Source: Orbicella franksi (lineage: Eukaryota). Taken from it: a DNA stretch of 64,000 bases. The notes under the pieces are model-generated. The model was not told where the DNA came from and searched no databases. It saw only the letters and a program-made list of their open reading frames with translations. The stretch lies in the NCBI GenBank assembly GCA_964199315.1, contig OZ116706.1, forward strand, positions 3,596,001-3,660,000, in the 5' to 3' direction. A program made the translations under genes and the position numbers. Positions 45,812-58,187 of the stretch are shown in pieces (within the stretch, counting starts at the first letter, position 1; each line of letters begins with the position of its first letter).

Positions 45812-46941
45812 TCTGGAACCGAGCGGCTGTCAACACTGACTCGATTTTGTTTCGCTGACATTCTGTGTCCATGGCAACGACGATTTCCCGCGTAAAAGCC
45901 GTTCTACTAAGTTTTATTTAGCCATGGGAAATCAACCATCTGCATGAATTAACTTTTGACCTCAATATAACCCTCTTGAACATAATATAAAAACGTTGCT
46001 AGGGAACCTTCTAGACCCAAAAATCATGTCTTGGTGCAAGTACTGTACACTACTGTGTAACTTATAAGTCGTCATTGGTCTCAGATACAGTATTTATTGA
46101 CTGTTTTAGACGTCCGTGACCACTAAAGCATAATTCAATGTGCCTTTGTTCACCGGTTGGACAGTGTGAAATGGTTTTTCACGATTATTTGAAGTTTAAG
46201 TTGAATGTCTAACAATTAAAATATGCAAGAACAATTAAGCCAGATAAAGGTTAACAATTTGTTCTTCAGGTTACTTTCAGTTGAACGATTTTATTTTTTC
46301 CAATGTCGTATTTATTGCGATAATTTAATGGGCTCACTCTTTACTATTTGTAAAACTATGGCATGTTTTTGGTAAGCAAGGTAATAATATTTCATTGCAG
46401 GGATATATTTCAGTGCAGTGCGCACTTATCAAATGAAACAGAGTTTTTCAATAAAATGCTCCTGACAGTAGAAAATTAAGGTAAAGTCAATGTATTCAAG
46501 ACTTGCAGGTTATCTGATCATGTGTATGAAACTATACTTCAAACGAGCACTACCGTAAACAATTATCAAGCTAGTGGCAGGATGGAATCTTTGATGGACT
46601 GGGTAAATGTTTCTTCCTTCAATCTAACAAAGATCAAATTGCCTTCTTGTGGGCTTTTAATGCAGTTTCATTCGTCATCAACTTAGGACCTCTAATTGTT
46701 AATCAAGTGTAGTCCTCTTCGCGGACTTTCTGCCTCATTAACTGTTAATCTAAGGTTTTCTTTGATTTGAAATTCATTTGTATGTTCAAAATGGCTTAAA
46801 GACTGTTAAACCCAATAATAGCGCGTCACTCTCCACCATGAAAATTCTTGCCCCAAAACCATGTCTTCCACAGGCAAGATTGAGATCAACCTTGAGTAAA
46901 ATACTTCTTGAATCGAGAGCTTTTTTCAGCAATATTTCCCT

Positions 46942-47532
46942 TTAACATCCCTTAGGTGGGCAGCCAGTTTTCGCTTCCTCTGGCCATGGCGACTGTAGTT
47001 TTTCGTTAATTGGTTTCTGCTCGCCCTGTACTATACTCCTTTGAAATCTCTCCGCAGTTCGTTTCTGTTCTTCCTTGCTTCGCTCAATTACGTTCACTAG
47101 CGTGGTAAACACGATTTCAAAGTCCTGTCGTGGCGTTGTTGCCGTTGTACTTGAACACCCGGGATCATTCTCCGTGGCCGGGTCTTGTGTTAGAGATTTG
47201 GAATTTATCGGTGGTAGAGAAAACCCAGGAATTTTGTGAGCTGCAGTCTTGCTGCTAGGTGATTGGAAACTGATCACTTTATTCCTGTGTTTTCTCGTTC
47301 TTTTTTGCTTCCGTCTTGCCTTATTGTTAAAACCTTTGCCGTCTGTTTTCACTCCTTGACCGCGAACATCCAGCTCTATGCCAGGCTGCTGACATTTTGT
47401 CGAAGTTTTCTTTAGATTCATCTGCGGCAGAAAAAATGGCCGTTTCGTCTTGCTTTCCGTGATGTTTAAAACGTTCCCTCGTAAACGTTGATCTTCTTGG
47501 AAGGACACATTGTATTCGCTTATTCTTGCCAT
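46942..47532 (-). CDS. Orphan single-coding-exon basic/disordered protein, 196 aa
   Basis: 591-bp ORF in AT-rich DNA; basic cluster KARRKQKRTRKHR; FLPQM and SLPPI motifs; short C-terminal helix. No homology recognised. Confidence 0.65.
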   Translation of the reverse strand: MARISEYNVSFQEDQRLRGNVLNITESKTKRPFFLPQMNLKKTSTKCQQPGIELDVRGQGVKTDGKGFNNKARRKQKRTRKHRNKVISFQSPSSKTAAHKIPGFSLPPINSKSLTQDPATENDPGCSSTTATTPRQDFEIVFTTLVNVIERSKEEQKRTAERFQRSIVQGEQKPINEKLQSPWPEEAKTGCPPKGC

Positions 47533-49901
47533 TATTGTGCAGTGCTCAACGCTTAATGTATTTATCTGCGTTCAAAGCTCTCCATTGAGAAAATGTTAAG
47601 TGTTAGTACGAGTCTATGCGCTGAGCTTTAGGGAAGGAAGCAATATCTTGCCTTTGTACACATTTAGTACAAAGATAGCGCCCCTATGCCTCTTTTGACG
47701 TTTTGACAAATCACTTTCTTAGTTCTTTTGCGATCATTAAATATTCATCAGAAATAAATTTCTCAGTTGGTCTTCACATACAGAGGGAGGTCAATAATCT
47801 CCTTTACGAGGCCGGACAACTGAATGCGAGAAAGTCGCCGAATTAATGGTCAAAACAGTTTTGAACTTTCTCTTGATAAGAAATACGGCCCAAATAATAC
47901 CCTCCAAAACTAACCAGAAGAAGACATGATTTCCTTTACAAGACCGTTGATCTAATCCATCTGTAAACAATAGGAGACAAATTACTCCTAGAGGAAAACA
48001 ACTTGTCATAAATGAATTAAGATCCTTTTGTTAAAAGTGGTGAGACTATGCTAATGAATGAAAAAGGCTTTGTTAGTGCTAATAAAATGCTTCGGTGAAG
48101 TACACTCACTGTACTTGATTGGCAACAAAATTCACAGCATTACCTTTGACAAGTAATTTAACTTCATTGAAAAATGTTTGCTTTTCACTTTCTTTTGAAG
48201 TGGACACCGGAAAATGCGAAAACGAAGAATAATACTTGTTGGACAGATTAGTAACAACAAAGAGACCAATCTCAAGAAATGAAAATAACAACGCAAAAGG
48301 AACTTTAATCAACAAATGACTTCAGCTATTGCTATGAAACTACATTAAAACAACAGCGTCTCCCACGAGGGTCTTTAACGGACGTTTTGTTCACAAACGA
48401 GTTAATAAAAGCCGCAAGAAAAAATTTTTTTTTATGGTCCGTGACTTCACAATGACTCCTGGTTTTCTTCGTAAGCCTCGTGATCTTCCATTTGATTACA
48501 TTTGTTGATGTGGATTATACAAGCAAAAGAAACCGTTCACTTTTTTTACTCATGAAATTCAACTGGAGGCATGGCAGAGGGCTTTTGTTGGAATGGGAAG
48601 CAGGGGAAGGGATCGAAGGTAGGGTAGAGAGATGATGAATCCTAACCTACATGTGTCAAGTAGGTCTATGATATAATTTGTGAAAGTAACGGTGAGTGTT
48701 AGTAAAGAATCTGAAATACGCTAGGAGTTAATGGTGATTTCTATGGTGCAGGGATATATGAAACTCATATCGTCGTAAAAATGACCCCAAAACACGCATC
48801 TCCCGAACCATGTCGCCATTTTGTTTTGTAGAGGGGCCTTCAGTCCTAAAACTCGTCAACTTCCCATTTTTCTGCGTCAGCCATATTATTTTGACCAAAA
48901 ACGTCATCGGATGATCGTCAATGATGTATTCCAAAAGAGAGAACTCATTCACTAAATCAATTCGCCTAGAAAAATTTTGCATGGTAAGAATTCAAACTTG
49001 TGAAAACGAAAAAAAAAAGACGCGATCGATTGAAATATATGCATAAAAGTTAATTAACGAACTTTGAGAGGTTACTTAATTACTCTAGTTACTGACTAAT
49101 GCTACACAACGGTTTGTTTAGAAACTAATCCCGTCTAACGGCTTAACCGAGAAAGAGAAATTGAAAGTTTACAAAAGTTTACAAAGCACGTTCACCTAGC
49201 AACCTGGTTACTAAGCACGAGATCATTTCGTGTACCGCTGTCAGTTTTGTCTCCGCACATCAGTGGGTCATCAGTTTTGCCGTCTGCTAATAATGAGATA
49301 ATGCTTAAGTAAAGTCTTGAGTGTTCGCTGGAGTGATTTGCATTGTATGCTGACGACAAAATGTACTCTGTTAATCCGGATATCCATCTTAAAAAGCCTC
49401 ATGTACGTGTATACAACAATTGTTTGACGTCACTATCTGGATTTCAATTTGTTCCGCGTAATGGTGGTAAAATAAACTAATTTTGAAAATCAAATCAATG
49501 AGGACGACAGAAATGTTATATTTCAGTTAGAGTAGTGATTACAGTGCTTAAAAAGCTTTCACTCCATTGATGGAGTCAAAATATTGGTTGAAAAGAATTG
49601 TGTTGTATTAGAATGCATAGCCAAGTTGAAAAGAAAAAGATTAATAGAGTTCGTTTTCGAGGGAAAGTGTTGATCCAGTAAACACGAAATTTTACTGAGG
49701 AGTATTAGCAAGCATTAATCTCGCTGCAAATCAAGAACATGACATGTGCATGTTGAAAGTTACAACTGAGCAGTTTACAAAAGATTTCACAACTTTATTA
49801 CATCAGTTGAAACCGTGTTAGTAGTTTACGGAAGAGAAATTGGAGATAAAAGACTAACAAAACATACTTGGCCATACTTCTTATTCATGTTTAGGTGATA
49901 A

Positions 49902-50858
49902 TCACGAATGTGACATTCTCCCGTTCACTATGAGCGGCAGGCGGGGAAGATTCCTCTCGAAATAAACTTGTTCAAAAGAATTATCACGCGCTCGTAATTT
50001 TCCTCTGTAGCTTCTGGAGCTAATCCTGGGAGTTCTGTTAACACTTTGAACTATGTTGGGAAGCCTGTTCTCGCTTTCCCTGTGCCGTCTTTGCCGTCTT
50101 TTAGACGTTTTATATTCGTCATGGAAGATTTTATGTGGACGTGTCGATAGAGCCTTTTCCTTGATACCAGGAAGTAGCAATTTATCTTGAAATAAAGTTG
50201 TTCTACTTAAGGGACTTTGTCCCTCAAGAGTTAACGTTTGAATAACGTAACGTTTTGTGCTTTCGGAGGGTTCCTCTACTCCTTCGGCAATTTCTTCAAA
50301 ACTTATTCCATCTCCTTGCTTGCCTGATTTCAAAATGCTATTTAGTTTATCTTTCTTATTCGTTTCGGTTTTACCCATGTCATCTAAATCATAGATCCCT
50401 ACAAACGATAGACTTGCTAATTTCTTTTGACTCTCAGAGCAGGTTGGAGCAATATTTTGACTATTTTCTGCCACATTTCTGCCTTCCTCGAGTATCGAGT
50501 GCTCACAAGCACGTCCGTTTCCCACAAAGGTCAACTGCTTCCTTCTTTGTGTTCTTTCTTTCAGTGGCGGTAAAGCAGATTTTGGTTCACCTTTCAGCAC
50601 TCGCTTTGTTTCTTCTCTTCCGTTCCCCAACACAAGCTCAGAATTTGCACCTTCTTTCCTCGTCTCTTCTCTTACCGAAGTTCTCTCGTATAAACTGTAA
50701 TGATCCGCACACACGAGATTGAATTGCAGGTTGCTTGGTTTCATTTCTCTGACCTCCTCTTTCAGCGGATTAATTTCGGTGGCTTCGGATAAGGTTTCTT
50801 TCGCATGTGCTTGCAAGGCCTTGCCTTTCTTTCTCCGCTTGCGTCGATGATTCTTCAT
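49902..50858 (-). CDS. Orphan disordered protein, at least 318 aa; the frame stays open upstream of the ATG, so the N-terminus may be longer
   Basis: 957-bp ORF; NLS-like HRRKRRKKGK; five LPx(I/L) motifs. Confidence 0.7.
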   Translation of the reverse strand: MKNHRRKRRKKGKALQAHAKETLSEATEINPLKEEVREMKPSNLQFNLVCADHYSLYERTSVREETRKEGANSELVLGNGREETKRVLKGEPKSALPPLKERTQRRKQLTFVGNGRACEHSILEEGRNVAENSQNIAPTCSESQKKLASLSFVGIYDLDDMGKTETNKKDKLNSILKSGKQGDGISFEEIAEGVEEPSESTKRYVIQTLTLEGQSPLSRTTLFQDKLLLPGIKEKALSTRPHKIFHDEYKTSKRRQRRHRESENRLPNIVQSVNRTPRISSRSYRGKLRARDNSFEQVYFERNLPRLPLIVNGRMSHS

Positions 50859-52184
50859 AGGACTGAATGTTCGTGATACAGTTTTGAACTCCTTGAAATG
50901 TTTAGATTGTATCAGTGATACTAATCAAAGACCAATCAAGTGTTCTTCGAACTTGAGTGTTTTAGCACTGTGGACTGACTCCTACTGATGTAATAAAATG
51001 AGCTAATTGCTTCGCTTCTTTCAATTTACCTCTTTTGTCTTGAATTGTTTTGCTCTGATGGATCTGTACATCAACATCTTCAGAACATTATCATGTTCAC
51101 TATGGTTGCGTGAAGATTAACTTAAACCATTTCCATGTTACAAACGGCACGACCCACTTAAACTGATCATCCTCAAATGTTTTTCAGCCGACTCCAAATT
51201 ACTCTAAGCAGCTCGGCTCGCTTGTCTATAAAGCATTCCAGCTTGATGCAGTTTCGGGAATCGATAGCAACGTAAACACACAAGCTATACGTATTTATCC
51301 AAGCTGGAAAGAACGTGCGTTAATCACGAATGATTGATTGGTAATTGTGAAGCAGAGTCTCTCATTGGCAAAAGGAACAAAGAGCTAAGTCTGCGAGGTC
51401 AAGAGAGGCGACACTAATATTTGATTTGTTTAAATGGAATCATCCACGTAACAAAAGATCCGGTACACGAAGTGAATACACTTTACTCTTTCATATGGAA
51501 ATTGGCATTTATTGTTTTTCGCATAAAAATTTCATGGTTCATCTAGGTAACGCCAAATTAACATTTCTCGTGACTTCAAATGACAGTCTTGTACTTATCA
51601 ACAAGTCACAGACAAGATGTTCTTTGAAGTTAAGTGGTAATTGTCTATCATCGACAAATTGGTTGTAGATAGTATACTGTAACTTCGTCTTTCGTGGATG
51701 ATGCCATGGATTGTAACAGCATCACAAGTCACTCACAAGACTCAAAACAATTTTATTTTTGCGGGAAGGGATAAATTGTAACGGGTGAAATCCCGCGTGA
51801 CACCAATGACCAGACATAGATGTTCTTTGAATTTAAGCTGTAATTGTCTATCATCGGTAAACTGGCTCTAAATCTAATACTTCCTTGGATGGCATGGAAT
51901 GTAACAGCATCGTAAGACTCCAAAAAATTTTGTTTTTCGCGGGAAAGGATAAATATGTAACGGGTGAAATCCCGCGTGGAACTAATGATCCCGCCACGTC
52001 CACTGGCATGCTCTGCAATTTTTTTTTTTTTTGCAAATTAAGCTGATTCAACACATAGACAGATTTAAATCAGTGCATTTAAACCTTGAACTCTGAATCC
52101 TGTGTCGAATCGCAAAAGAATCATAGCTTGCATCGGAGAAACCCTGCGAACCTAGTAAGCAAATGGCGGGAAAAGTCAGTCAGC

Positions 52185-52620
52185 CAGCCAGTCAGTCAGT
52201 GAGTCAGGCAACCAGGCAGTCAGGTAGTCAGTCAGCCAGTCAGTCAGCAGGTCAGTTAGACAGTCAGTCAGTCAGACATTCAGTCAATCAGTCAGACAGT
52301 CAGAGAGTAGGTCAGTCAGTCAGTCCGTCAGAGAGTAGGTCAGTCAGTCAGTCAGCAGGACAGTCAGGTAGTCAGTCAGCCAGTCAGTCAGCAGGTCAGT
52401 TAGACAGTCAGTCAGTCAGTCAGACATTCAGTCAATCAGTCAGACAGTCAGAGAGCAGGTCAGTCAGTCAGTCCGTCAGAGAGTAGGTCAGTCAGTCAGT
52501 CAGCAGAATAGTCAGGCAGTCAGTCAGTCAGTCAGCAGGTCAATCAGTTAGCCTGTCTGTCAGTTAGCAGGTCAGTCAGTCAGTCAGTCAGCAGGCCAGT
52601 CAGTCAGTCAGTCAGTCAGA
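52185..52620. repeat. Degenerate (CAGT)n satellite containing an about 144-148-bp higher-order duplication
   Basis: Variant blocks at 52220-52363 recur at 52364-52511. Confidence 0.92.
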
Positions 52621-52727
52621 TGCATGGAAAATTGCCGAAGTCTAACTGGTTAATAAATTGTGATTCCAAAACCTTCGTCCAGACTCTAATTCCATGCAGG
52701 TAAGATGTATAAATGTCTAGAAATCAA

Positions 52728-53507
52728 TCAGTCAAAGAGTTGTACAATATGTGGCGTTGACAGCTGTCCGACTGGTGGCAATCCGCTGTCGTATTTTGCA
52801 GTCCTTATTGAAGGATATTTTCTTTCCACGCTGGTAACTACAGTCCTTGGGAGCAATCTTTCGTCGTATAACTTACGACTTGTGGAAACCAACGGCAGTG
52901 GGGACACTTTAAAGCCCGTCAACATTCCCATCGAACTCGAAAATGAATATGTGCAGTAGCTTTGGATAAGCGAAGGCTCTTTACGAAGATTTAACAAAAA
53001 CTCTCCGTCTGTTGCCAATTTAGAGCAAGTTGACATATTGCAAAGCAAACGACTATGTTTCAGCTGCTTTGTGTGTAAAGAGCTTGACGAGGATTTTGCG
53101 TTCTTTTTTATTACAGCGTCGAGATCTCGCCGAGGTTTTTCTTGCGTCTGTTTCGATACGTCTATTCTTCTGTACTGTCGTTTTTGAAAAGCTTGGATAA
53201 CCTCTGTAGTGCTTTGCGTTTTCGCGGCACCCTTGCAGTCGAGTTTTTCCTGACCACTATCAGTGTCTTGATCTTTGTCGCATGTTACTGTATTTTCTAA
53301 TTGTTGTTTCATGTTTTCCTCGTGCGTGTTTTTTGAATCGTTTAGTTCGTACATCTCGCCGGTTTCTTTGTCAAATTCTCTCCAATGTTCCAGTGGATCT
53401 GAAAATTGAACTTTCCTCTTCGTTTTTTGAATTGCCGTGTTGTAGTTTACACTATGTTCACTGAAGCTCGAAGGCTCTGAGACAGAGAACTGATCGTCTT
53501 CTGTCAT
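52728..53507 (-). CDS. Orphan protein, 259 aa, with an RVxF (PP1-docking) motif
   Basis: 780-bp ORF; KRKVQFSDP at codons 30-38; acidic/disordered composition; candidate 5'UTR acceptor near 53533. Confidence 0.7.
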   Translation of the reverse strand: MTEDDQFSVSEPSSFSEHSVNYNTAIQKTKRKVQFSDPLEHWREFDKETGEMYELNDSKNTHEENMKQQLENTVTCDKDQDTDSGQEKLDCKGAAKTQSTTEVIQAFQKRQYRRIDVSKQTQEKPRRDLDAVIKKNAKSSSSSLHTKQLKHSRLLCNMSTCSKLATDGEFLLNLRKEPSLIQSYCTYSFSSSMGMLTGFKVSPLPLVSTSRKLYDERLLPRTVVTSVERKYPSIRTAKYDSGLPPVGQLSTPHIVQLFD

Positions 53508-56138
53508 TGTTGACTGCCTTCCTTTAATTTCTCTACAGAGTATATTCCAGCATTTCAGTTTCCAAGTTAATTTAGTGAAATGCTACCCGCGTTCAATATT
53601 GTCTTCTCGCTGTGCCACCCGCAACGTGCCGATTACTTAAGCCGAATCGCCTGGTTTAAAAGGCAATCAATATTTATTTGTCAGCGAGACTCGCCAGGCT
53701 TGTTTAACTGCAGTTTATCACAGAAATCCTCAAAATATTGTTGCCAGAAAGCCACTGGACCACATGAAGCATGAATTTCGCGTACTCTTGATTCACTTAC
53801 AAACAATTTTATTCCAATTCTCAGTCCAAAACACCATCTCTCCAGCGTCGATGAAATGATTTCTCTTGCAGAGCTTTACAGCGCGAATAGACAGAAAGGA
53901 TTTCCCACGCAGATTTCGTAATAGCTTCAGTTAACTACAGACACACAAGTATGGTGCGCATCTTTTCTATTGAAGTTCTTGCGACTTCTCAGTGTAGCTA
54001 GATTATTCCAACCACAGCAATCGCTACGCAAACGAAACTGATGGAATCGAGTAAAAGCAGCGCGAGGACTTGCTGGCCGGTATCAATGGAAAAAACTGAC
54101 GTCAGTATTTGTTTCGATTTCTGGATTAAAATTTTCCTCTCAAATCTTGTGTAAAACACGACGGATGTCCTCAGTTGTCAGGTATATTATCTTTTTAGTT
54201 ACAGCTACTATGGCGGATTAATACACGAACTGTCCGTAATTTTGGAGTCTGGCAACTGAACAACAACATACGACAAATTGTTTTCGAGTTCGTTGAGCAA
54301 ATGTTTGCACCAGAAGGCTGTTCTGTCATCTTACTGGCATTGTTCGCTGTAATTGTTTTCCACTGTCCACTTTGTAAATGGCTACAATATCTGACAGGCG
54401 TAGAAATTCACAAAAAAAAAAAGAAAAGGAATAAAAATAAAAGCGTCTCCAGCTATTCGTTCACAAAAATATTTCAGTTCTGAGAAATGGCTTCCTCAAG
54501 TCACGGATTGACAGATCGCTTTCAATTTAAATTAAAATTGGCTTTCCAAGTTACACATTGAAAATCATTTTAATTAAGACAAAGCCATAGCAAAATTTGT
54601 ATATATGTCTCAGGACTTTTCGAATTAAAAAAGATTATCTTGCGAGAGCGTTTGTCTTAAAGAGATTATCGGTTTATTAACCGGGAGACAGCTAAGGTAA
54701 CGCAATAAAAGAACTAAACGGAAGAAAGCGAAAAGATATATTAAGCATTTTCTCATTTTTTGCTATCAATAGATATTTATTATGTTTCAGTTGTGGCCTC
54801 ATTGAGGTGGATCATAGCTGAATTGCCTCGGGAGGAAATTGCTCCTAACTAATAATTGTGGCAAATTGTAAAAAACGGCAATATTGAATCGCCGTGGATC
54901 AATGGAGATGAATTTTTTTTCTGTTGTGATAGAATTGAGGGCCCTGCTTGAAAAAAAAAAAAAGGTTTCTAGCTGCACCTGCTTTGCTTTAGGAAACATA
55001 TGAGCTTTGTTTTTCATGCAATTATTCAATTTTAAAAAAACATTGGTTAACATATTCTAATTTTCCAGTGAGGATTTACTTTCTCTTTTCAATGTCTAGG
55101 TATAAACATCCTCTTTAATTTTATTCTGAAAAAACAGACGATGTTTGCGATGTTACTCCTCCCATGTTGTTTTCAATGACAGAATTTGAACTTATTTCTA
55201 GTTTAGTTGCTTGAACTCGCTCGTGAAAATACTTTGCAAGAACCTGTTAACGATAATATAACAGGCCTATCGTTTGGTCTCTCAATGCACGAAGCAACTT
55301 TTTTTTTGCGGTTAACGTAATGGCTAATTTTTGCGGTAACAAGTCACTATGTGCTGAACTTTTTGTGTGGCTGCAGGCTTGCAGCTTACGCAGCCTTTTT
55401 ATTATTTTTCTTACTTCCACAATTTACATTGTGCTAGTTTAAAATATTCAATATGAGTTTTTACCATTTCTAAACTGCATGTTTATTTTGTTGTCCTCAG
55501 TAAAGGAGATATAGCGTAAAGCCTAGTTTTCAACGAACGGTGGCGAGGACGCCCACACCACTCCAACACAAGCATATATAATAAGCACGTGGGCTTAATA
55601 TTGGGATGATTGCCCTATTTCGGCTCCATACCTCCTCGATACAGTAAAACAAGATGGCGGAGTTTACAGCAAGAACAACAACAACGTAATAACAACAACA
55701 TCATCATCTTTTATTTGAACACGGTGGGTTTTAAAGCTAATATAGCTTATGGGGCCGTGTAAAACATGTCAATAGGACAATAAAAAATCGAAAAAATGTA
55801 AAAAAAAATTTGAATAAAAGTAATATAAATATATGATGATATGAATATATGATATGAATAAGCAGCGCGTACTCACTTGACACTGAAGCACAAGCACAGG
55901 AAGAACTAAAAAGTTTATTGTGCTTGTGTTGTGCGCCTCCTCACTACCGCTTGCTTGTGCTTATGCTTTTGCTGTGGGCGTACTCACTACCTTTATACTT
56001 GTGCTTATATGTCGCAGTGTCATATTTTAAACCGGCTTAAGAGGCGATGATGGTCCTTGAAATGGCGCTTTCTGGGGTTTTTATGTTTGGTTAAATGGCA
56101 AAGCGCGCTCTCATTGTCTCGATCGAATGGCGCGACTC

Positions 56139-56222
56139 CCATTCTCGTTCCCAGCTCTACTCGTCGCAAATCTGACTAACTCGACTCGACCAAAAGACAC
56201 GGAGGCTATGGGGACAAAAATT
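56139..56222. mobile_element. 84-bp hAT-like mini-MITE
   Basis: CCATTCTCGTTCCCAG...CTATGGGGACAAAAATT; TSD CGCGACTC at 56131-56138 and 56223-56230. Confidence 0.8.
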
Positions 56223-56410
56223 CGCGACTCCCAAGTTAAACTGTGCTTGGTAACCTGGTCTTTGACAACCCGTTGCTATGCTCAGAATTATGGAATTGAC
56301 TCGTCATGTTTATGTTTAGTCAATCAAGTTTTATTTCAGTGTTTATGGAGGATATTGTCTCAGGCTGACGATATAGGAACGTCTGACTGGAAGATGCAAA
56401 TAGAAATGCA

Positions 56411-56424
56411 GTAACCACGGTAAC
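56411..56424. promoter_or_regulatory. RFX X-box
   Basis: GTAACC-AC-GGTAAC fits GTNRCC(N0-3)RGYAAC; 740 bp upstream of the 57165 ATG. Confidence 0.5.
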
Positions 56425-57164
56425 AGCGAACTCAGAAACAAACGAAAATGTTATTCCTGGGTAGAGTCGGAGCTTTCCTCGACCATGCATGAAGTGAAAT
56501 TAAAAGTTGTCTACGTCTAGACTAGACGGAAGAAAGAAAAATTCCCAGAGCGGTCCTTTGACGACTTTGACCGGCTCTGTTATATATTTCGTCATCTTGG
56601 CAATCATGGCAGAAATAACAAACACTAAAAGCAATCTAATATTGTACAATTATAGCCTTCTTGTTATAGACAAACGGCTTAACCAACGCTGCTTGAATTT
56701 TTGAAGTCTGAAATGTTGAAAGTTCTAGCTCGTTTAGTGAAATGAAACGGGAGTAATACGTGTTTTAAGACAACGAACAACGACGACTTTAGTGAGGAAG
56801 TCAATCAGTTGGTATTCAAATTAGGTCGAATCAAAGACAGAGGTTATTTACTGTAATAGGAAACAATAGCTGCTGGCCACGGCACTGGAATTAAAATGCC
56901 AAAACGTATTAGCCTAGTTACTATTTAGAATGACAGTTATAACAATAAACGAATTGTATTTTTCAAAATTGTGTTCAGATGACAAAAGATTTAGTACCTC
57001 TGAAGTAATGCTAATTAGGGTCTTTCAGCCTTTTGTTCTGAATTTCTGACCCGTTGACATACAGTTTACGAATGTCCACGCTAAACATACTGTTGTTGCG
57101 AAGGTTGAATGGCTGAGAATATTCATTTTATCAGAGCTGTGATTGAACCATTGTGCACTGAAAG

Positions 57165-58187
57165 ATGATTCAATTTGCGAGTTACATCGACAGGCAAAAG
57201 TCTGGGCCGGGCAGCTCAGAAAAGTCTCAGAAAGTTCACTCGGCCAACTGGAAAGAAGAGATTCAACTCAAGAAGGAACTAGATTGTTTAAATAAACAGG
57301 AACAGCAAAGAGTTGCGAGAATCTCCTCTGATCAACGACTTGTTGTACATCGATTTCAACGCAAACTCTCTTTGAGCGTGGAAATTGCGAAGAACCACGA
57401 TGAAGTGAAAGAAACTTTGGATATTAATCACAAACGTGCGATAGAGTCGAGGGAGCTGCAAGGTCAAAATAACGATATTGGTGAAGAAAGGATCTCTCTG
57501 AGACAGCTTCGCTGCTTAAGCGCAAGCCCAAAACCTCCGTTACCGAAATTTAGGAGAGCTAAATCATGCGAACCCCCTCGGATAAGCCATAACACGTCAT
57601 ATGGTGAAACAGATTCAGATTATCCCTCTGAGAGACATGATTTGCCACCAAGGCCGATGACAGCACTAGAAAAGAGGAACAAGATGTGGGAGAGAAAGTT
57701 GAAAACTGTCACTCAAAGATTAAATCGAGCGCGAAGTGCTCCAGCGAGGACATCTTACTACAAAGTCCCGGAGTTTAGTGTGGTGCAAAGCAATACCTCG
57801 CGTGAAAAACACAGTGGTCAAAAACTACGTCGACCGACCAATGTTGAAATTGACTTACAGTACTTTCGTCGAGTAAGAGAAAAAGAGTTGTATCTTCAAA
57901 GGCAAGCTGTGAAGAATTTTCTCCAAAGTATCGAGCCTTTGGAGTTGGTTCCCTGGACACCGGGATACCAGCCGGCGGAAAACAGTAACGAGGTGGAAAA
58001 TTCAGTTGTTATGGCGGCGGTCGCCCAAAGTAAACAGGACGTGAGGGCCAACGAGGTCAGATCGAGGAGCCGATCAGTAGGTTCTTATAACACAAAAGAT
58101 TCAGCTGGCTTGGCAAAACGTGGAAGTGGTAACGAAAGAAGCGTTAATGTGATTAATACAAAGGTGCCACTGAATGCCTGGACGTGA
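57165..58187 (+). CDS. Coiled-coil/disordered protein, 340 aa (possibly CCDC190-like)
   Basis: 1023-bp ORF with an AG acceptor directly before the ATG; N-terminal heptads (NWKEEIQLKKELDCLNKQEQQRVARISSDQ); RPMTA and RARSAP motifs. The family assignment is from memory and weak. Confidence 0.7.
   Translation: MIQFASYIDRQKSGPGSSEKSQKVHSANWKEEIQLKKELDCLNKQEQQRVARISSDQRLVVHRFQRKLSLSVEIAKNHDEVKETLDINHKRAIESRELQGQNNDIGEERISLRQLRCLSASPKPPLPKFRRAKSCEPPRISHNTSYGETDSDYPSERHDLPPRPMTALEKRNKMWERKLKTVTQRLNRARSAPARTSYYKVPEFSVVQSNTSREKHSGQKLRRPTNVEIDLQYFRRVREKELYLQRQAVKNFLQSIEPLELVPWTPGYQPAENSNEVENSVVMAAVAQSKQDVRANEVRSRSRSVGSYNTKDSAGLAKRGSGNERSVNVINTKVPLNAWT

Noticed and set aside
50255-50722. 155-aa plus-strand ORF
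   Set aside because: Antisense shadow of the purine-rich 318-aa CDS.
52163-52486. 107-aa SQSV-repeat protein
   Set aside because: Translation of a (CAGT)n satellite; no independent evidence of coding.
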